From contig NC_043006.1 in NCBI RefSeq assembly GCF_006345805.1, forward strand, positions 45,508,001 to 45,572,000: a stretch of DNA of 64,000 nt, written 5' to 3'. Made by a program: the position numbers and the translations under genes. Source of the stretch: Octopus sinensis. Taxonomy: Eukaryota. The notes beneath the pieces were generated by a model. The model worked only from the letters and a program-made list of their open reading frames with translations. It did no database searches and had not been told where the DNA came from. This document shows, piece after piece, positions 35,256 through 46,665 of the stretch (position 1 is the first letter of the stretch; the number at the start of each line of letters is the position of its first letter).

Positions 35256-35490
35256 AAGGCGGCAAGCTGGCAGAAACGTTAGCAAGCCGGGTGAAATGCT
35301 TAGCGGTATTTCGTCTGTCGTTACATTCTGAGTTCAAATTCCGCCGAGGTCGACTTTGCCTTTCATTCTTTCAGGGTCGATAAATTAAGTACAAATTTCG
35401 CACTGGGGTCGTCGCAATCGACTTAATCCCTTTGTCTGTCCTTGTTTGTCCCCTCTGTGTGTAGCCCCTTTTGGTCAGTGAAGAAATAAA
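35256..35490 (+). mobile_element. SINE family B, young
   Basis: Near-consensus. Confidence 0.9.
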
Positions 35491-35535
35491 TTATTATTAT
35501 TATTATCATCATTATTATTATTATTATTATTACTG

Positions 35536-35734
35536 TTTCTAATTTTGGCACAATGCCAGCAATTGTGAGAGGAAGGTGAAGTCAGTTACATTGGACTCCA
35601 GTATTTGACTGGTACATAATTCATCCACCCTGGAAGTATGAAAGGCAAAGTTGATCTTTGCAGCATTTGAACTCAGAAGGTAAAACTGGAAGGCATTTCG
35701 TGGTGTGCTTATGATTCTACCAGTTTGCTACCTT
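35536..35734 (-). mobile_element. SINE family B, degenerate
   Basis: GAAAGGCAAAGTTGA...ATTTGAACTCAGAA. Confidence 0.7.
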
Positions 35735-35762
35735 AGGCTTAACATTATTAATAACACTTAAT

Positions 35763-35994
35763 TAGGTAATGAGCTGGCAAAATCATTAGTGTGCCAGATT
35801 CAATGCCAAGCAGTGTTTCTTCTGGCTCTCTTTACATTGTGAGTTCAAATTCTGCCGAGGTCGACTTTGCCTTTCATCCTTTTGGGTTGGGGGCGGTGGG
35901 GGGATGAAATAAGTACCAGTTATGCACTGGGGGTCAATGTAATCAGCTAACCCACTTTCCCCCAAATTTTCAAGGCCTTGTGCCTATGATAGAA
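35763..35994 (+). mobile_element. SINE family B
   Basis: Head, B-box and tail running into (ATT)n. Confidence 0.85.
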
Positions 35995-36047
<53 letters not shown>

Positions 36048-36258
36048 CAGGCAGCGAGCTGGCAGAATTGTTAGCATGCTGGACGCTTAATGGCATTTCG
36101 TCCATCTTTACGTTCTGAGTCCAAATTCCACCAAGGTTGACTTTGCCTTTCATCCTTTCAGAGTCAATAAATTAAGTACTAGTCAAGCACTGGGGTCGAT
36201 GTGGTCGACTTACTTCCTCCCTGCAAGTTTCAGGTCTTGTGCCTGCAGTAGAAAGGAT
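36048..36258 (+). mobile_element. SINE family B
   Basis: Head, B-box and tail running into (ATT)n. Confidence 0.85.
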
Positions 36259-36263
36259 TATTG

Positions 36264-36316
<53 letters not shown>

Positions 36317-36709
36317 GCAGTGTATATTACATCACTAATTAAAACAGACTATTTTTTCTCATTAGTTTTGCTTGTTTTCATTAAGCATTAATTATAATTA
36401 ATACAGTAGCCATTCATTGATTGATCTTTTTTTTTTCTGCATTTTTTTTTATTGTGCCGGACCATTCATCCATCTGTCCATCTGACATAACATAATCTTT
36501 CTGTTTAGAATCTATCTTAGAATCTTCTACCATTTCATTAGTGCTACCAATTATTCTTCGTTTTCTTCTCTATGCAGAAGTACTTTACTTTCTAGTTGTG
36601 GAAATGTTATATATTGTTTATCATTTGTAAAATATAATATAGATTATTATTATTATTATTTGTTGATATTTGAAATTTCCAAGATAATTTACTTTGGTAA
36701 TAAAGAATC

Positions 36710-37240
36710 TCGCAATTGGCAGAATGTTTAGCACCCTGGACAAAATGTTTAGTGGCGTTTCTTCTGACTTTATACTCTGAGTTCAAATGTTACCAAGGTT
36801 GACTTTGCCTTTCATCCTTTCAGGGGTCAATGAAATAAGTACCAGTTGAACACTGGAGTCGATGTAATCGACTAACCCCCTCCTGTGGAGGCATGTGGCC
36901 TAGTGGTTAGAGCAGTGGACTCTCGGTCGAGGCATCGCGGGTTCGAATCTCAGACTGGGCGATGTGTGTGTTTATGAGCGAAACACCTAAGCTCCACGTG
37001 GCTCCGGCAGAAGGTAATGGCGAACTTCTGCTGACTCTTTCACCACAACTTTCTCTCACTCTTTCCTCCTGCATCTTGCAGCTCACCTGCAACGGACCGG
37101 CGTCCCGTCCAGGTGGGGAACCTATACGACAAGGAAACTGGGAAACCGGCCATTATGAGCTAGGCATGGCTCGAGAAGGAACAAACTAATTAGCCCCCTC
37201 CTCCAAAATTTCAGGCCTTGTGCCTATAGTAGAAAGAATA
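36710..37240 (+). mobile_element. SINE B interrupted by SINE F
   Basis: B sequence resumes after the insert; TSD TA(A/G)CCCCCTCCT at 36873-36884 and 37191-37202. Confidence 0.8.
36885..37190 (+). mobile_element. SINE family F (tRNA head), young
   Basis: GTGGCCTAGTGGTTAGAGC A-box, GGGTTCGAATCTC B-box, CpG-rich. Confidence 0.85.
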
Positions 37241-37253
37241 TTTTTATGAATAC

Positions 37254-37693
37254 TTAACACTTTAGCATTCAGATTATTCTGTCAAATGTAATACTTATAT
37301 ATTCATATTATTTTGAATTACTTGTGCATTATCTTGTAGCTTTGAGGTTTCAGTGATATGATTGCTTATTTTCAGAATGACATTGTTGGGTAGGTGTGAG
37401 AAGCCTGATATGGTCAGTTTGAATGTAAAACAGGAAGAATATTTGGGCTGGATACGGCCAGTTTAAATGCTAAAGGGTTAACTTGCTTTTAATAAATTTA
37501 GAAAGCTATGGTTAACCCTTTAGTATTTGAAACAGCCAGATCCAGCCTCTCACACCTACCTATGAATGTCATTTTAAAAATAAACAAGTATATCATTCAT
37601 ATCTCAAAGCTACAGGATAATGCATGATTAATTGAAAACAATATGAATATTAAGTAAACATTATATTTGACAGATTAATTTAAATGGTTTAAA
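37254..37693. mobile_element. Two oppositely oriented family E piggyBac-type MITEs (37254-37481 minus, 37512-37693 plus)
   Basis: TTAACACTTTAGCATT...AATGCTAAAGGGTTAA, then TTAACCCTTTAGTATT with an internal deletion. Confidence 0.75.
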
Positions 37694-37714
37694 TTGAATT
37701 TAAAAACAAAATAA

Positions 37715-37902
37715 ATTTACATTATTTACATGTGACAGATATTTGTCCCCATCTTTGTTGTTAACACAACGTTTCGGCTGATATACCCTCCAGCCTTCAT
37801 CAAGTGTCTTGGGGAAATTTTGAACCTGGATTCTCATTCCTAAGGTATTTTTTGATGTTGTTGTTGTTGTTATTATTATTATTATCATTATTATTCAGGT
37901 CA
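37715..37902 (-). mobile_element. 5'-truncated inverted copy of the hammerhead-bearing SINE-like element
   Basis: Reverse complement aligns with 37966-38190. Confidence 0.85.
37764..37807 (-). ncRNA. Minimal type I hammerhead motif (C3U substitution)
   Basis: ACAC-TTGATGA-A-GGCTG gagggtatat CAGCC-GAAA-CGTT-GTGT. Confidence 0.7.
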
Positions 37903-37979
37903 TATGGCGTAGTGGTTAAGAGCCCGGGCTACTAACCCCAAGATTCTGAGTTTGATTCCAGGCAGTGACCTGAATGATG

Positions 37980-38018
<39 letters not shown>

Positions 38019-38211
38019 GCAGTAATAATAATAATAATAACATCAAAAAATACCTTAGGAATGAGAACCCAGGTTCGAAATTTCCCCAAGACATCTGATG
38101 AAAGCTAGAGGGTATATCAGCCGAAACATTGTATTAACAACAAACAAGATGAAGACAAATATCCATCAAATGTAGATAATGTACATAATTCCTCATCTCT
38201 TAAATATAGAA
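37903..38211 (+). mobile_element. tRNA-headed SINE-like element with internal (AAT)n and hammerhead motif
   Basis: TGGCGTAGTGGTTAAG A-box, GGG-CTACTAA-CCC anticodon-like arm, GAGTTTGATTCC B-box, (AAT)n, then hammerhead. Confidence 0.8.
38091..38134 (+). ncRNA. Minimal type I hammerhead motif (core intact, stems eroded)
   Basis: ACAT-CTGATGA-A-AGCTA gagggtatat CAGCC-GAAA-CATT-GTAT. Confidence 0.65.
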
Positions 38212-38852
38212 AATAAATTTAAACAGCAGCTGAGATAATTTTCACTAGAAGTTGATGCATTTTTGTCATGATAAATGTTTATGGACATTGGCATAATATG
38301 TATGTAACACTTGTTTTATCACCATCAGCATGAGGTCCTGTGTTTGTATTTTAACTTAATATTTTTCTTGTTTGTGCTCAAGTTAAATGTTTTAAACCTG
38401 GTTGTCTATAGAAACAGCATGTTATCGAACAAATTAAATAATCTGTCAATCAGTTTACTAGGCTTGATCAACCAAGCTAGATATATTGGAAGCAAATTTT
38501 CTTCATGTTTGAGAAATGGCTTTCAGTTGTTAGAAAAAATTTAGTAAAAGCAAAAAAAAAGAAAAATTGTATTTATGTGTTCAAATTTGCAGTCTTTTCA
38601 AACTTTGTAAAACCTAGTAAAAAAAAAATTCTATAGATTTACAAATGCAGAGATAGATTATTTATTTCATTTACTGTCATATATTTCGATATATCAATGT
38701 CATAAAAATTTATAAACTCTTGAGAGAACATGAAACAATTCTCTTTTGAAACAGTGGATCTCGAAGCTCATAAAGCTATAAATAATAGCATGCATATAAA
38801 TAATAGTTTTATGTACTTTGTGACTCACTATTCCAAAAGCATACATGCATAC

Positions 38853-38886
<34 letters not shown>

Positions 38887-39789
38887 CTGGATCTGATTCT
38901 CTGTAGAGGCTTGTTGGCCAATTTTTTGCACTTTTTCCTGTCTTCTAAGAATATTAACATGATTTTCTAAGCTGTCTTCACAGCCATCCTTCATTTGAGG
39001 GACAATCACAAGTCCCCTTATTAGGATACTGGAAAGGTGCAACATCATGTCCCTGGCCAGCTACATGTGGTGCTTAAGGGAGGAAGGAACCCCATAATAA
39101 TTAAATGGAAACTCCTTGAACAACTGGGGGCTTTTATAAATGGGAGCAAATGATGCAAGTTTTATTTCACAGAGAAGGCAAGAATCCTAAAAAAAAACTT
39201 GCTTGATCAGGGACCCTTTTAAACTCCAGGAAAGAAGTATTCAGCTAATGCCCTCATCTAAAACACTTCTTACTTCGGACTTGAAATTCCCCAGCAGCAC
39301 AGACAATTACTTTTTGTTGATGAAATGAACTGATCATTATGTATTTCTTCCAGCTGTAGTGAGGTTATGCACTTTCAGCCATTTGAGTCTGACAGGTTGC
39401 CTATATTGCTAAGTGGTTTATTGGTGTAAATCCAATGGTCACAATATGACCAGCCGTAACTTTCAACTACCTAAAAAAATGTGTGAGGGGATACTCTTAT
39501 GCCATGGTGAAGGCAACTAACTCAGGAGATGGAGAACTTGAACAGAAAAACCTGAGATGAATTTATAGCAAACATTTGCATTAGTTTTCTGCTATCAGCA
39601 TTTACAAAACGGCTATATTATTCACTGTTAGGCCCTCATACGTTGATGCCAATAGGGGAACCCACTGTGGATATATATATATAGATTCTTTTTCTTATTC
39701 CAATCCTCATACCGGGGATATTCTTGCCTTAGTCATTACCCTACTTGTGATGTTACTTACTTGTTCCAAAGTATGTATAGTTTTGATTG

Positions 39790-40143
39790 ATGCAAAACTG
39801 ATTTCGAAGAATTTTTGCTAACAGTGGTAAATGGTGCAATCATACAAGTTTCAAAGTCTGCAGAAAAGGTTGCATTTGGTGCTGTTATGGAAAATGGCAT
39901 CTTGGAATTGGCTGTTGATGGGAAAGGAGTAGAGGAAAAAATACTTTTCTCATGAAGAATTAATAGACTTGGCAGACGACTTGGATACATTAAAAGAGAA
40001 AAAAATTATGAAAATAAATCAGAATGTGTTGTGAAGATATAAAACCAGGTGGCCTTAAATGATTTCTTGTTGATGCTAACTTTTTGATTGAGAAATCTTT
40101 AAGACTTGATGAATGGAATGGAAAAGATGTTGTAGAGAGGAGT
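39790..40143 (+). pseudogene. Possible pogo/Tigger transposase C-terminal relic
   Basis: Frameshifted translation CKTDFEEF...IIQVSKSAEKVAFGAVMENGILEL / SHEELIDL / GLK*FLVDANFLIEK...VERS resembles remembered Tigger C-terminal motifs. Confidence 0.45.
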
Positions 40144-40409
40144 TTAACCCTTTCAATACCAACCTGGCTGAAGCAATTCTTAACCCTTTTGATACCAACC
40201 TGGCTGAAACTGCCTCTGGCTCTGTAGTACATATGTCTTGTTTTCATAAGTTTTGAATTAGAATCTTCTACCAACCATTAGTCACGATTTATGCTCCTAA
40301 TGCTAGCTTAATGGTAACTAAGTTATTTCACTAAATTCTTTGTTATATTTAAAATTAATTGAAAGAAACACAGAGCATCTCTAAATAAATTCAGTAACAA
40401 AAGGGTTAA
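40144..40409 (+). mobile_element. piggyBac-type MITE, second family, with duplicated left end
   Basis: TTAACCCTTT...ACCAACCTGGCTGAA at both 40144 and 40180; right end AAAGGGTTAA. Confidence 0.8.
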
Positions 40410-40772
40410 ATGAAGCCTTATCCACACACCCATACCTGCACTCCATGTATCATGTATCTCAAGTTTCCATCATTGCCTTCATTTCCACATGTTTCATCAT
40501 GCATAGCTGGTTTGGTCTTCTTCAGAACCACATGTTGCTAACTATTTCCCATGTGCTCTTACTGCTTATTGCTCTTGTGCACTTGCTGCATATGAAGGTT
40601 ATCTTCTATGTTAACTGCCTGTGCTCCTACTCTTTTACCCCCCTTGTGCGTATTTTAATCACATAGGTTATATAGTTAGTTTTTCTGTGTGCTGAGCACA
40701 GTTATATCCTTAATGAAAGCAACATCCCATCTTCTTTCTTACTTACTAAGACTATGTTAAGTTTATGTTTAA

Positions 40773-41005
40773 AGCTTTTTAATTCCAGGTTTTGCTTCCA
40801 CACCTGGAATTTCTTCTCTAAAATTAAAAAAAAATTTCTTATAAGAACTAAGTTGTCAGCATACAGGAGTTCCCACAAGACAATTGGTTAGCTTTTTAAT
40901 TCCAGGTTTTGCTTCCACACCTGGAATTTCTTCTCTAAAATCAAAAAAAATTTCTTATAAGAACTAAGCTGTCAGCATACAGGAGTTCCCACAAGACTAG
41001 TGGTT
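40773..41005. repeat. Tandem duplication, period about 117 bp
   Basis: Two nearly identical units starting AGCTTTTTAATTCCAGG at 40773 and 40890. Confidence 0.9.
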
Positions 41006-41119
41006 TTGAACCTTGTCTGATATAGCATGGAGGACTATAATTATAATGAATAAGAAGAGACTGAAAACCGGGCCCTGATGTGTCCCTACTTGCATGCTAA
41101 ATTTATTGATAAAGACTTT

Positions 41120-41170
<51 letters not shown>

Positions 41171-41444
41171 AAGAGAGAGAGAGGGAGAGGGAGAGATGTA
41201 AAATCCATTTGAAAACCTTGATACCTTAGATTTCACAATCAGCAAAGAAAAATTCTGCTGCAGCAGTTTATGTATGAAATATTGTCTGTTATTTTATTAT
41301 GTTTTTTTTTTCAAAGAAAATACTTACACATAATACCAAGGGACTTATATAGTTATAGCCTGTTTTCCTTTTTCAAACAGATCCTCTCGCCACCATTAAC
41401 TGATCCATATATGTAGCTACTCTCTCTCTCTATATATATATATA

Positions 41445-41995
41445 TCATCATCATCCTCATCGTTTAATGTCCGCTTTCTATGCTGGCATGGGTTGGACGG
41501 TTTGACTGAGGACTAGTGAGCCAGAGGCTGCACCAGGCTCAATCTGATCTGGTACAGCTTCTACAGCTGGATGCCCTTCCTAACAGCAACCACTCCGAGA
41601 GTGTAGTGGGTGCTTTTACGTGCCACCGGCACGAGGGCCAGTCAGGCAGTTCTGGCAACGATCATTCTCAAAAGGTGTTTTTACATGCTACCTGCATGGG
41701 AGCCAGTCTGGCGGCACTGGCAACGACCACGCTTCAATGCTGTTTTTCACGTGCCACCGGCACATGTGCTGGTAAAGCGACACTGGCAACATTCATGCTC
41801 GAATGGTGCTTTTCATGTGTCACCGGCACGGGAGCCAATCTGTGGCCTTGGCAACGATCACGCTTGGATGTGCTTTTAACATTCCACTGGCACGAGTGCC
41901 AATCAGGTGGTACTGTCATCGGCCATGTCAGTGATTTTGATTTGCTTACACTTGCCTCAATAGGTCTTCGCAAGCAAAGTTCATTGTCCAATGAA
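41445..41995 (-). mobile_element. Long family D repeat with five internal units of about 65 bp
   Basis: Units GGTGCTTTTACGTGCCACCGGCACG...CTGGCAACGATCACGC over about 41609-41935. Confidence 0.85.
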
Positions 41996-42006
41996 TGAGG
42001 GGTACT

Positions 42007-42037
<31 letters not shown>

Positions 42038-42749
42038 CATCATCATCATCATCATCGTTTAACGTCCGTTCTCCATGCTAGCATATATATATATATATAT
42101 ATATGTACAAGAATCTGTAAAGAATTATAATAATGATATTTACTGGATATCTTGTTTAGCAACATTTACTTATATGGCGTACTTACACTAAACTTTTATC
42201 ATGTATGTCTACAAGTTTGTTTTCATAGCACTTTGATATATTAGGTTGTTCTGTCTTGTAAACATATCCATTACATATGTCTTTTTTTTTTTTTTTTTGT
42301 TAAGATGGTAATTTATTCTGTGTGGTAGATGGCATTTGTGTGACATAACATGCATGCATTAAACTGTAGAGTCTAATCTAATTTTTTATGGTTATAGTGT
42401 AGCTATGAAAAGACAAAAAAAAGAAACTAATGCATGGTGACTAATATATTGTAGATGATGTTTTGGGGAAATTATTTACAATTAAAAATGAATAATTTTT
42501 TTAAATATGATAATCTTCTTTTTCTCCTTTGTATTGTAGCAATAATTTTTTTTTCTCTTTTTCTCTTTGGATTTACTGTAACAATTTGGCAACATTTATA
42601 TTCATAATTTCTTTCTCTGTCTGTTTCCCTTATACACACACACACATACATGCAGTAAGCCCCCGTCTTCTCCACACATTACCATCCTGAGTTTCAGAAC
42701 TTGTAGGATTGGTTATTCAATTACCATGGTGTGTAAATGACCAAGATCA

Positions 42750-42918
42750 CATTGCCCTCGAACAGGACACCGCCCCATCGCATGGTTACTCATTTTATAA
42801 ATGAATGAACTGGAACAACAAAAATTTAAGCATTTTGCACCAACTAATCTGGGAATCAAGACTGCAATTTTGTAATCATGTGCACAATACCCCTAACCAC
42901 TGAGCCATGTGCCTTCAC
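42750..42918 (-). mobile_element. SINE family C-type head, degenerate
   Basis: CCTAACCACTGAGCCATGTGCCTTC. Confidence 0.6.
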
Positions 42919-42999
42919 TTATATATATGTATATATATACATACATACACTTATATATTTACATATGTTGTTGGCATCCTTTTGTCTCGGGAGACAATG

Positions 43000-43350
43000 G
43001 AATTGCACAAAAACTAATCCAGTCTGGGTTTTACATTTCATGTCCTCTTCAGTTTTGCACAGGTCTGGCTAGATGTAAGAAAATCGTGGGTAGCCCAATC
43101 ATCAGGATTCCTCTTTCGACCTTGCTGATGTAGTGCATTACGTTTGGCACCAGGAGCTGCCGGAAGAGTGTTGAGTGGAACACTAAACCACCTACGGGGC
43201 TCCACTCCGGATTTCTTTGAAGGTTGTCTCCTTTTTTACTTAACCCTGGATAGGGGCCCATACCAGGTACTGTCAGCCAGAGCCGGCTGAGCTCGGGACT
43301 CGTGTCAGGCAGGGTCATCACTCCCTGAAGTAGTGAAGAAAATCGCTACC
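43000..43350 (-). mobile_element. RTE-clade LINE 5' UTR-like fragment
   Basis: GC-rich island containing AAATCCGGAGTGGAGCCCC, which I recall from RTE 5' UTRs; not verified by search. Confidence 0.5.
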
Positions 43351-43859
43351 TACTACCTATATTTACCTTGTGCCTGGGAGGGTAACTTTCTAGGTGCAAT
43401 CCCCCCCATTTACATATATACATACATGAAAACAATATGCTTAGGCATCACACACAAGTGAGTGTGTTGTGGTAGATTGTACCATGCTTTCACTGATTAT
43501 TTTAGGAGCCTGTGTGACCATAAGAGGACACAGATATCCCTCTCAGCCTTCTGATCTCAGCCCAACAGAACACTAAGAATATAATAACTGAAGAGAGAGA
43601 GGTGGGCTTTGCACCCACAACTGATTGGAGCAACATGAAACAATGTGTCTTACTCAAGGACTTAATGTGTTGCCCTACCAGATATTGAATCCTTTACAAT
43701 ATGAATGTGAGCTTAACATTGTTAGGCAATGTGCCTTACTATCATACATACATTACATACACACACACATACATATGTATGTATGTATGTACGTACGTAT
43801 GTCATTGTTTAAAAACCAGTACTTTATTGGCAAGAAATTTTGAAATAAGACTGAACAAT

Positions 43860-43995
43860 GACCTACATACATGCATGCATGCATGCATGCATACATACAT
43901 ACATACATACATACATACATACATACATACATACATACATACATACATACATACATACATACATGCATGCATGCATGCATGCATGCATCCATGCA
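43860..43995. repeat. (CATG)n-(CATA)n-(CATG)n compound microsatellite
   Basis: Direct inspection. Confidence 0.95.
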
Positions 43996-45942
43996 TATAT
44001 TCTCTTTAACACACGAAATCTTGCCCCTTGAGTCACTCTGTTGCTTCTGCTAAAGATATATATATATATATATATATTTATGCACTTTTGTTTTTGTGAA
44101 TATAAAAATTATTTAAGTTTTGTTTGAAGTTACTATTAAGGTGGATTCAATCTATGCCACAAAGCAGATTCAAAGAATTGTTTAAAAAAATGGTGATTCA
44201 AACCAAGTCAGTAAAAATCTGTTGACATGGGACCTGAAGTAGTTTCCAAGAACTGATCTTTATACCTTTTTATGACTAATCACATAACAGCTTTGACATA
44301 TTTATTTATTTGTATATTTCTCTTTCTTTTTTTTTATTGCTTGGCTTGTATAAATGGTATTGTTGGTATTGATTTTTATTTATCTATCTTCTTTCATGAT
44401 ATCTCTTGGGCGTATTTAACAATCCTTAATTTTTACTGAAATTTTGTGCTGCAAGAATAGTTGTTAGCTTATTGATTGAGCATGTTTATTGATTATGACA
44501 CATGCTGAAAATTTGGATTGGATAATGATGTGGCCATAGAACGTGTTGGTGTTGATTTAGAAATAGCTTTGAGCATTTATTCTAAAGATTAATTGGGGAG
44601 GGCTTATTTTTTTTTTTAAAAAAAGTTATATCATCTGCTAAAACGGATAAGATATTCTCACACAACGCATTTTATTTTACATATAAAATTAAACGTGAAA
44701 TGATTTTAAAAAAAAAAATATTAGAAAAAGGAAAAATAAATAAGAATTATACACTGGTCTGTATTTATAGAAATTCTTTTGGGTTTTTTTTTGTGAACTA
44801 ATAATATTTGCATGAGAGGAACTATTATATGCTTAGTGATTAATCAGATATCTTCAGAAAGCATAGAATGGTATGGTTTTATTTTATATTTTATTTATTT
44901 TGTTTAGTTTAGTTTTGTTTTAAGCATTAGAAATGAGGGATTGTTTGTTTCCAGCTATTTAAATTTCAAGTGCTGTAGAAGTAGGAATAATGGTGTGAAA
45001 TTGTGTTGATAATTTTATGTGGCCACTACGAAACATCTGCATATTTACTTAGGAAAATCTCATCCAGCAGACAGAACCTTGGGAAAACAGATTTTTAAGC
45101 AGGAAGGAAAACAAAAAGTGACTGCTGTGATTTACATGTTTCCATTTGCATTGGAAAACTAAACTATCAATGCAACAGCTTCATTCAGAAATCCTTGACA
45201 TTTTTTAGTGCCTAGAATTATCATCATCACCACCACCACCACCACCACCACCATTACCATTATCATCATCATCATTGTCATCATCAGCATAATGCTATTC
45301 TTTGCATACCTACCTGGTCAGTCTTGTTCTTTCTCAATGTGATTAGTAATTCTATAGGATAGGTGTCAACATTCTTAACTTTCATCTCTATATTCTTTCT
45401 CTCTCTCTTTCTCCCATAACTCAATAAATATGGCTTCTCTTATTAAATTCTTTTAAAGTTTTGTAGACAACTGAACATTTTTGGGGGTTTTAGCTTTGTT
45501 TCTTTCAACTTTTCAAACTTGTAAATAAATATAACATTTTTTAAGCTTTATCTGATTTTCCATGAGCTAGCCATGAAGCCAGTGAGTCAGTCTTTGTAAA
45601 AAACAAAAGCTTTCTTTAGTTAGACTACTCAATTAACATACACAGAAACATGCAGTTTTGTTATGTAATTACATCATGGAGATATTTGCATTATTTAATT
45701 TTGTCATTCTTCATTCTTTTGACTTCTATCCTAAATCAATAAGTCTAAAAAATTCCTGAAATTGATTCCAAGAGTTTAAACTTTATTCAATTTCTTTGTA
45801 TATGCATCCTTCTTTAGAAATGAGTTTTGCAATGCATGAATATCACTACATTATGGCTAATTTGTATGTTTAAGGACCAAGCAGTATTGAATCACCTCCT
45901 CCAAAGCCTCCTCCCCTCTTAAAAGTTTTTTCTTGCAAGTAC

Positions 45943-46225
45943 TGGGTGACCCTGTCAGTGCAGGTGCCACTTAAAAGCACCCAGTCCACACTGTAAAGGG
46001 GTTAGTGTTTGGAAGGGCATCCATCTAAAAAAACCTTGCTAAAACTGACCTCGCCTGTGCTTGTGCCACATAAAAAGCATTAAGTCCACACTGCTGAGTG
46101 GTTGGTGTTAGGAAGGGCATCCAGTCACAGAAGTCTGGTGCAGGCTTTGGCCTGGCCAGCTCTTGTGGTGCCATCCTGCCCATGCTAAGATGGAACACAG
46201 ATAAAAAATGATGATGATGATGATG
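45943..46225 (+). mobile_element. Family D repeat with duplicated segment
   Basis: GGAAGGGCATCCA occurs twice; (GAT)n tail. Confidence 0.75.
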
Positions 46226-46428
46226 TAGGCAGAGAGCTGGCAGAATTGTTAGGATGTCTGACGAAATGCTTAGCAACATTTCTTTTGAATCTTTATGTTC
46301 TGAGTTCAAATCCTACTGAGGTCAACTTTGTATTTCATCACTTTGGGTTTGGCAAAATATAGTGCCAGTTAAGTATTGGGATTAATGTAATCGTCTTGTC
46401 CCTTACCCTCAAAATTCTTGGCCTTGAA
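46226..46428 (+). mobile_element. SINE family B, degenerate
   Basis: GAGCTGGCAGAATTG head and B-box. Confidence 0.75.
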
Positions 46429-46665
46429 CCCTGACAATAGACTGGCATCACTTTCTGGGCAACGTTATGATCTCAGTTACTTATACTTCATGGAAACCAG
46501 GTAACAGGCTTTGTGAGTCCTAGGGCTAACAAAAAATTAAAATGTTAAATACTCAAATTTGCTGCAAAATGGTGAAACATGAGCTTAAAATTTGTTGAAT
46601 CTTCCTTATAACCATTCAGTGCTTAAATGATTATATAATTAAATATAATGCTATTCTTTATGGTA

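Noticed and set aside
38809-39048. 79-aa minus-strand ORF
   Set aside because: Runs into a (CA)n microsatellite, with no recognisable domain or splice boundaries.
41516-41998. 160-aa ORF, the longest in the track
   Set aside because: Lies entirely within a family D repeat and its 65-bp internal units; no recognisable protein motif.
43049-43321. 90-aa GC-rich ORF on the minus strand, with a GAAA...CTGATGA arrangement near 43085-43110
   Set aside because: Overlaps an RTE 5' UTR-like fragment; the spacing between GAAA and CTGATGA is too short for a hammerhead.
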